A stretch of DNA of 64,000 bases, from the NCBI GenBank assembly GCA_002772695.1, contig PFDI01000001.1:33253-97252 (forward strand), in the 5' to 3' direction. This DNA comes from Candidatus Pacebacteria bacterium CG10_big_fil_rev_8_21_14_0_10_44_54 (GTDB lineage Bacteria > Patescibacteriota > Microgenomatia > UBA1400 > PJMF01). Both the position numbers and the translations under genes were made by a program. The notes below the pieces were generated by a model. The model worked only from the letters and a program-made list of their open reading frames with translations. It was not told the origin of the DNA and did not search any database. Below are positions 57,693 to 64,000 of the stretch, piece after piece; position 1 is the first letter of the stretch, and every line of letters begins with the position of its first letter.

Positions 57693-59731
57693 GCGGGAGC
57701 GGGCGAAAGGCTTGTGTCTGGGGAAAGCTCGACATCATTTTCAGTTGGTTGTTGCATTCTGTCTTGACCAGCTTGGGGGACATTTTGATCGATTATGCTC
57801 GGCTGTGTTGTTTGATTCGCGCTTGCAGATGCTGACGCCGCTTGTTCTCCTATGGCTTTTTCGAGTTGCTCGAGTTCTGTTGTGATCGTAACGTAGTCTT
57901 CAGAACTAGGATCGAGTAAAGCTAAGACTTGCTGGTAGGAAGCTCTTGCTTGCTCGAGTTGATTGAGTCTGATTAGTGCTGTCGCCAAGTTGTAGTGAGC
58001 GTTGGCAAAATCTGGTTTGATCTCTACAGCTTGTTGGAAGAGGGTTGCCGCTTGAGCAAATTGTTCTTGAGAAAGAAAGATACCGCCGAGTGTAATGCGT
58101 AGGGCAGGGTTGGTGGGGTCGCTTTCGATAGCAGTCAGGTATGACTGAACTGTGAACTCCTCAGCTTGATCAGCAATGCCAATCATATTTTGATAAATCT
58201 GAGACAAGACTGCCCAATTTTGCGAGTCGTTTGGATCAAGGGCGGTGGCTGCACGAGCCTCTCGCACGGCTTGCTGCAAAAGTTCGCCGACCTGTGCTTG
58301 TTCTGCCTCGGTTGCATCTGTTTTATTTGAAAGTGCTGCAGCGATTAACATGTTGGTTAGGGCATACTGTCGGCGGAAGCTGTCGACATAGGGATTGATG
58401 GTGACAGCTCGTTGGTGTTGCTCGTATACAGCGATGCCGTCGTTTCTTTGGGCAGCGAGTGTTCCTTGGTGAATTGCTAGTTCGGCTGCGTATGCTTTGC
58501 CGACAAAAAAGAGTAGTGTGCCAAAACCGGCGGCGAAGAGTAGTGCAATGATATAAATAGGTGCGACAGCTTTGGAAGCTTGAGGAGATTGGCCGCCCTC
58601 GGTAATTAGTGATAGCGAAGGAGCTTTTAGTTTAAACATCGTATGATGTTCTGATTCTCCTGCCAAGTAGGCTGCCAAAAACACAAATTGTAAAAATGTG
58701 ACGATAACATTTGTTGGCAAGAACAGCTGCAACACACCACAAACAAGTGCAGCAAACAAAACAGGTTTGTTGCTAGCTTGCGTGTATTTTTGTGCGCCGT
58801 ACATTCTTGCGAGCAAAAATAACCAAGTAAACAGGCCAATAAAACCACCGATCGTCAGAAGGTAGAGTGGTGCGTTGGCTGCTTGGGAAAATTGGATGTT
58901 CCAGTTACTAGTCGCGTTTACCCAGAGTGGCTTAAATCGTAGGTAGGCATTGGAGTACGAAGCTGTGCCGACTCCGATGAGAGCAGTACGAGGTTCGCGA
59001 ATACTATCGAGCGCTATTGACCAACTTGCTTTAAACGACGGCAGTAGGACGGTACTTGGTTTGCCGGGAAGAATCGACCAGGTATGTAGGGCAACACCAA
59101 TGAGTAGGATAGGGAGTGTGATGGCGGCAAACTTAGAAATATGTTTGCTGTGCAGTACACCAGCAACAACACCGATTATTGCAATCACAAGGACTTGCAA
59201 AGCAATAAACGATGAACCAGCAAGGTTGAAGACGATACTATGTGGCAGAGGAACACCCAGGAGTGGTTCGATGAGTTTGCTGGGTCCAAAGCCGAGCAAC
59301 TGCAGTGCGCTACTGAGCGTGATGAGGATGGAGGCGATGACAACTGCTTTGAGTAAGACAGCTCCCGCATTCTTTGGCAAAATAACGCTACCGAGCAAAG
59401 TGATGATACTAGTGGCAACGAATACACCACCCATGCCAAGCAAGCTCTCCTGGGGGTATGAGTTGGTAAGCAGGCTGGAGGCAAGCATGCTGGCGCCAAA
59501 CAATAAAACAGGAAGTGAGAGTGGAGTCCAGAGAAAAGAAATAGCTTGTTTACTAATCGATTTGAGTGCAAAGAGCAAGCCAACAATACCAGCAAACCCA
59601 AGAACGGTGTAGAGCTTACTCAGAACGATGAAGTTGTCGGTGAAGGGAAACAATCCGACAACGGCTGCAAAGACAGCAACTACAAATACGGCAAGTGATA
59701 TTTTGGAGACAAGATCTGTATTATTTTTCAT
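57686..59731 (-). CDS. Polytopic membrane protein (O-antigen-ligase-like) with C-terminal TPRs
   Basis: About 12 TM helices, LIGVG...Y loop, TPRs (KPDFANAHYNLA). Confidence 0.75.
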   Translation of the reverse strand: MKNNTDLVSKISLAVFVVAVFAAVVGLFPFTDNFIVLSKLYTVLGFAGIVGLLFALKSISKQAISFLWTPLSLPVLLFGASMLASSLLTNSYPQESLLGMGGVFVATSIITLLGSVILPKNAGAVLLKAVVIASILITLSSALQLLGFGPSKLIEPLLGVPLPHSIVFNLAGSSFIALQVLVIAIIGVVAGVLHSKHISKFAAITLPILLIGVALHTWSILPGKPSTVLLPSFKASWSIALDSIREPRTALIGVGTASYSNAYLRFKPLWVNATSNWNIQFSQAANAPLYLLTIGGFIGLFTWLFLLARMYGAQKYTQASNKPVLFAALVCGVLQLFLPTNVIVTFLQFVFLAAYLAGESEHHTMFKLKAPSLSLITEGGQSPQASKAVAPIYIIALLFAAGFGTLLFFVGKAYAAELAIHQGTLAAQRNDGIAVYEQHQRAVTINPYVDSFRRQYALTNMLIAAALSNKTDATEAEQAQVGELLQQAVREARAATALDPNDSQNWAVLSQIYQNMIGIADQAEEFTVQSYLTAIESDPTNPALRITLGGIFLSQEQFAQAATLFQQAVEIKPDFANAHYNLATALIRLNQLEQARASYQQVLALLDPSSEDYVTITTELEQLEKAIGEQAASASASANQTTQPSIIDQNVPQAGQDRMQQPTENDVELSPDTSLSPAPAQ

Positions 59732-59820
59732 GCAGGATCATTTAAGCAATAATAAAGTGGTTTGTAAACAGGCAACCCAGAACCCAAAACTAGCAGTAAA
59801 AGTGCTACACTTTGCTAGTC

Positions 59821-60525
59821 ATGAAACGCGGCTTTTCTCTCATAGAGGTACTCATTATAGTTGCTATTATTGGATTGCTTTTGACAGTCTTGTATTTTTT
59901 TTCTTTTCCACATCTGGCTCGAGGTCGCGACGGCAAGCGTTTGAGCGATCTCGATAAGTTGAAGGTTGTGTTTGAAGATTATTATAATGACAAGGGCTGC
60001 TACCCCCCAAGGAATACGCTAGAGCTGTACTGCGGCGGTGGTGGCAGCACTCTTCTCGACGCCTACATTCCAAAAGTCCCGTGTGACCCTCTCACAAAAG
60101 GGCCATACCTCTATAATGTTTTGAGCGATGACGACGTCAACCTCGACTGTCCCGTTCATGGATATAGGATTCTGGCTAATCTAGAGAGAGATGGGAGTGA
60201 GGCTAGTAATGTGATCAACTGTGGCGGCGAATATGGCTGTGGTTTTGGTGAAGATGGGGTCTTCTATGACTATGGTATCGCACAAGGTGCTGCAGTTTCG
60301 CTCTATGGTGCCGTCGCAGAATTGGAGGGTGGTGATGAAGAAGGAGGTGGTGGTGATGAAGAAGGGGGAGGCGAGGGTGGTTGGGAAGATTGGTGCTGTG
60401 CAGTGAGCACAGGAGTATGCACGGACATAACCGGAACACCAACCGCCTGCACGGGTGATCCCTTGGGAAACAGAGATTATCATGGTGCTGGCTCACAAGC
60501 ATCGTGTCTATCAAATTGCCAATGA
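59821..60525 (+). CDS. Type IV pilin / GspG-like prepilin with Cys-rich C-terminus
   Basis: G/FSLIEVL N-methylation motif, RD.KR.SDL, YYND..YP. Confidence 0.88.
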   Translation: MKRGFSLIEVLIIVAIIGLLLTVLYFFSFPHLARGRDGKRLSDLDKLKVVFEDYYNDKGCYPPRNTLELYCGGGGSTLLDAYIPKVPCDPLTKGPYLYNVLSDDDVNLDCPVHGYRILANLERDGSEASNVINCGGEYGCGFGEDGVFYDYGIAQGAAVSLYGAVAELEGGDEEGGGGDEEGGGEGGWEDWCCAVSTGVCTDITGTPTACTGDPLGNRDYHGAGSQASCLSNCQ

Positions 60526-60571
60526 TAGATCACAATTGTATAAACTATGGTACTAGGTATATGATGTTGGT

Positions 60572-61120
60572 ATGTTGCAGAAAGGTCGCTTTTCTTTGTG
60601 TGGTTTTACTTTGATTGAGCTTTTGGTGGTGATAGCTATTCTTGGCATTTTATCAACAATTGGTATTGGCTCGTTTCTCTCAAGTCAGATGAAGTCTCGA
60701 GACGCTCGTCGCAAAACAGATCTCAAAAATATAGCTATAGTGCTTGAGACGTACTATAACGATAAGAATTCCTATCCAACAGCAAGTTCGGGCAAAATAG
60801 TTGGCTGCGGTGCGGCAGGTACTGAGCCATGTTCTTGGGGTCAGGAATGGGCAGGAAATGGCGCCTTGTATATGGCAGTATTGCCCGACGATTCTTCTGC
60901 CTACAACTATACATATGTGTCAGACGGAGTTTCGTATGCTTTGTATGCACGACTTGAAAATACAGGCGATCCCAAAGCAGCCAAGGTAGGCGATGTGCCG
61001 GGTGGGTATACAGGAATTATTTGCGAAGGTACGACCACCCGCTGTAATTATGTAGTAGCAAGTAGTAATGCAACCCTCCCAGGTATTGTTGCTGATGGTT
61101 CAGAAGATCCAGAAGAATAA
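60572..61120 (+). CDS. Type IV pilin / GspG-like prepilin
   Basis: G/FTLIELLVVIAI, RDARRKTDL. Confidence 0.9.
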   Translation: MLQKGRFSLCGFTLIELLVVIAILGILSTIGIGSFLSSQMKSRDARRKTDLKNIAIVLETYYNDKNSYPTASSGKIVGCGAAGTEPCSWGQEWAGNGALYMAVLPDDSSAYNYTYVSDGVSYALYARLENTGDPKAAKVGDVPGGYTGIICEGTTTRCNYVVASSNATLPGIVADGSEDPEE

Positions 61121-61126
61121 TTTTTT

Positions 61127-61549
61127 ATGAGCAGCAAGAGAACTATCGATGTTGGTTTCACACTTATTGAGCTTTTGGTGGTGATTTCTATTATTGCTGT
61201 CTTGACGGCAATTTTATTGCCAAACCTGGTCGGTATCCGTGGGCGCGCAGCTGATGCGCGCAAGAAGGCAGACCTCAAAGAGTTTCAATCGGCGTTGCGG
61301 TTGTATTACAATGATAATCAGAAATATCCAGAGGAAGCAGATCTGGATGAAGCAACGGGACCTTTTCAGAACGGAACATATTCAATCTCGGTTCCAGAAG
61401 ACAGTGAGTATGTTCGTCTGAGTGACGATGCCTACAATATGTACGTCACCCTCACCAACGAAGCTGATCCTGATATCAATGAGAGCAAAACAAAATGTGG
61501 TATTTCACTTGATCCAGACAACTTTGATTACTATGTGTGCGCGCGGTAA
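61127..61549 (+). CDS. Type IV pilin / GspG-like prepilin
   Basis: G/FTLIELLVVISI, DARKKADL, YYND.QKYP. Confidence 0.9.
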   Translation: MSSKRTIDVGFTLIELLVVISIIAVLTAILLPNLVGIRGRAADARKKADLKEFQSALRLYYNDNQKYPEEADLDEATGPFQNGTYSISVPEDSEYVRLSDDAYNMYVTLTNEADPDINESKTKCGISLDPDNFDYYVCAR

Positions 61550-61576
61550 CGTCTTAGGAAAACTTCTACTTCCTGC

Positions 61577-64000
61577 TTAATTTACCATCCACCAGTTAAA
61601 CGGAACATCAACAACGGCTAGCGAGTCGAACCCGACGACAAAGAATCCATCCTGTTGGTTCTTGACGTACAACACCTGATTGTCTGTACTGCCAACTGGA
61701 GTGACGTAGATCAAACTTTGTTCTGTCAGGCCAGCAGCGTGGATAGTTAGTTCACTGGTTCCAGCTGCAATACGAGCCTTGCCAGAAGTCTTGTCGGTTG
61801 TAATTTCGCCGCTACTTGATGCAGTTTGTGTCTCGCTGCCGACGCCGATACCACCAGCAAAGTCGGCTTTGCCCTGGGCAGAGATGGTAGCCACGGGAGT
61901 GCCGAGTTCATTGATAATTTCAAAACGCGACTGCTTGACCTGGCCAGATTCGGTAGCAATACCAGCGACTTGTACCTGGAAAGGATTGCCAAAGTCGGCG
62001 GGTTGCAGGAGATTGGTGAGCAAGGTGTCCGCTTCGAGGGTACCCGCAACGTTGAGATTGCCATTGATCGCCACTGTGCCGTCGTCGCTCAATGTCATGA
62101 GACCAGCCAGGAGCGAGATTGTGCCTTTACCAGATGGTTGGATGTAGAGTGTTGGCTGTTCGACATCGGTTGGGTTGTAGGCGATGATACCATCAGAAAA
62201 CTCGAGGCCATTGCCGACGAAGAGTTTGTTGCCTACCCCGAGTGAGTCGGCGATATATCCCGTGCCGTTGACCGAAAAGTATTGATCGACAAAGAGGGCG
62301 GTGCTAGTAAGCACAACATCACCTTCGCCAAGTTGTAAATCTGCTAGTGTTGCTTGCAAAGCAGCAGACGGGGTTGCTTGGTAACCTGCTTGTTCGATGC
62401 TGGCGATAAGTTCTGAGTTTTCTGGAGTTGGTGTTTGTTGACCAATCAGTGTCTCGAGCAGGGTTGGTTCTTTTAGGCTCGTCGCTAATTTTTCTTCAAA
62501 GCCGTAAATGTTATTGGCATAGAGTGTACCCGAGATAGTAGCATCGACAATCTCTGCCGTCTGTGCGCGCACAGACTCGAGTTGGGCTATACCAGCTTCG
62601 AGTGCAGCAATCCGAGCCGAAGTGGCTTCGATTTCTCCCGCGACTAGGGTAGGAGTCTCGATTCTTTCTGCTGTTAGTGTCCCTGCGATTGTGGCGTTGT
62701 CGGCCAAAAGGGAGCCGAGTTTGGTTGGTCCAGTCACTCGGAGCGACTGGGTGGTGGTGCTGCCAGAAACAGTGGCGGTTTGGGCGGTGAGGGTCTCGAT
62801 CTGGGCGACTGGACTGACGAGGGTTTGTGATGGCGTGGTTGTAGGCGCAGTATTTTGCAGTGCTGTCTGGACGATTCCTTCGACATAGGCTTGCAGTGAT
62901 TGGCCACCAACTCTTAGTGACGTGACCGAGAGATCTGCAATGATGGCAGATTTGGTGACTACCAGATCTTGAGTGGTGATGAGACCAGCGCGGAGTTTGC
63001 CGATGACAGCTTCGGCGAGGAGCGAGATGCGAGTGATGGCGCTGCCAGATTGGGTGACGGTGTAGTTTTGGGATTGGTTGGCAATACTAACTGCTCCAGT
63101 GGAGGTGAGAGAAAGATCGGGGTCGTACCAAGAGAGCGAAACAAGCACAAGAATTTTTCCGACAGTATTTGGATTGGTGGCATTGTAATCTTCTAATGCT
63201 CGACCAACGATGAACCCAGCCTCTGTCGCTTTCTTACCAACACCTGGAGTGTTGCTAATCGTGATAGGATCTCCCATCTTAATGGTTCCATTTGTATTGC
63301 TTACTTTTACCGGAACTCTTCCGCTGAGAGCAAGTGGGCGCACTTTTGTTTTATCAACTATGCCTTCTTCGTTGAAACCATATCCTCTCATGAGCACACC
63401 AGGGTTTTCGGAAATAATGCCAATTATCCTATCTTTAGAGCTAGCCACTGCTTTGTCTGCAACAAAAGTATTGTAGTCTGGGTTCCAAGCTGGGTCCTGA
63501 CTGGCGGTATTTGCCATCACAATATCTCCTGCCTCGACATTGGTATTTTCAACGAGTACATTTTCTGCTAAGTCAAATGCGTTTGCATTGACATTGCCAT
63601 CAAAATCAGTTCTTCCATCCACGCCATGGTAGAAGCGTGCGGCATCAGAAGTGCCATCCCAAATATTAAAACTCGTGCCAGTATTGACCAGCCAAGCAAC
63701 AGCCCCAGTGGCGGGGGTAAGTAACACCGATGCATTGCCAGAGCTTGCTCGCACCCTGGCTGTGGCACTAGCGCCATACACATCGAGTGGATACGATGCG
63801 CTCGTCGTCCCGATGCCGACGTTGCCACCATTTGGTTGTAGTAGTACATAACTTGATGTTCGTGTTCCACTGGTTGTGCCTTGCAGAGTAAGATTTCCGT
63901 TGGCCGCGTCACTACCATTTATTGTCGCATTGTCAGCGGTAAAGGTAATACTAGTGGTAGTGTCCCAGTTCATAGCTGCACTGTTGCTTGCAAGGCTATA
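61577..64000 (-). CDS. C-terminal part of a giant surface/fibre protein with intramolecular-chaperone (peptidase G2/S74-like) domain
   Basis: GNVGIGTT repeat, DLAE, IGIISENPG, LALSGRVPVKV, GDPIT; frame open to the window edge. Confidence 0.7.
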   Translation of the reverse strand, partial: YSLASNSAAMNWDTTTSITFTADNATINGSDAANGNLTLQGTTSGTRTSSYVLLQPNGGNVGIGTTSASYPLDVYGASATARVRASSGNASVLLTPATGAVAWLVNTGTSFNIWDGTSDAARFYHGVDGRTDFDGNVNANAFDLAENVLVENTNVEAGDIVMANTASQDPAWNPDYNTFVADKAVASSKDRIIGIISENPGVLMRGYGFNEEGIVDKTKVRPLALSGRVPVKVSNTNGTIKMGDPITISNTPGVGKKATEAGFIVGRALEDYNATNPNTVGKILVLVSLSWYDPDLSLTSTGAVSIANQSQNYTVTQSGSAITRISLLAEAVIGKLRAGLITTQDLVVTKSAIIADLSVTSLRVGGQSLQAYVEGIVQTALQNTAPTTTPSQTLVSPVAQIETLTAQTATVSGSTTTQSLRVTGPTKLGSLLADNATIAGTLTAERIETPTLVAGEIEATSARIAALEAGIAQLESVRAQTAEIVDATISGTLYANNIYGFEEKLATSLKEPTLLETLIGQQTPTPENSELIASIEQAGYQATPSAALQATLADLQLGEGDVVLTSTALFVDQYFSVNGTGYIADSLGVGNKLFVGNGLEFSDGIIAYNPTDVEQPTLYIQPSGKGTISLLAGLMTLSDDGTVAINGNLNVAGTLEADTLLTNLLQPADFGNPFQVQVAGIATESGQVKQSRFEIINELGTPVATISAQGKADFAGGIGVGSETQTASSSGEITTDKTSGKARIAAGTSELTIHAAGLTEQSLIYVTPVGSTDNQVLYVKNQQDGFFVVGFDSLAVVDVPFNWWMVN

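Noticed and set aside
60600-61190. 20-nt identity attgagcttttggtggtgat between two type IV pilins
   Set aside because: Explained by the strongly conserved N-methylation segment.
1-64000. CRISPR array, rRNA, tRNA, IS transposase, integrase or reverse transcriptase (DGR/retron)
   Set aside because: No regularly spaced repeats or diagnostic motifs were seen by eye; short RNAs could have been missed.
61577-64000. Prophage tail gene
   Set aside because: No other phage genes nearby, and the neighbours are cellular pilins. It is treated as a cellular surface protein, pending sequence beyond the window.

Overview
A 64-kb chromosomal segment that looks like a CPR/Patescibacteria (probably Microgenomates-group) genome; this assignment is inferred from gene content and layout. 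It spans the replication origin: dnaA, an oriC with DnaA boxes and DnaA-trio-like CTA repeats, then dnaN-rpmH-rnpA-yidD-yidC-jag-rnhA. Left of the origin (1-33.9 kb) is a dispersed type-IV-secretion-like locus. It has ten VirB2/TrbC-like pilin genes (nine in tandem), a 1435-aa secreted glycoside-hydrolase-like plus lytic-transglycosylase fusion, a VirB6-like membrane protein, a 1448-aa membrane-anchored zincin, PrgI and VirB4. No relaxase, integrase or VirD4 is in view. Interspersed are an ECF sigma factor divergent from the pilin array, a Nudix-like/isopentenyl-phosphate-kinase/uppS operon and several toxin-antitoxin cassettes. Two accessory cassettes are bracketed by duplicated 3' ends of the gene upstream of them. 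Right of the origin are housekeeping and envelope genes (rplY, valS, radA, rho, obgE, VanW, LysM-M23, three type IV pilins, a truncated giant surface protein) and a ~315-nt multi-hairpin candidate ncRNA upstream of rho. About 18 genes have a -10 hexamer only 6-9 nt before the start codon, suggesting widespread leaderless transcription. All calls were made by eye from motifs; no database searches were run.
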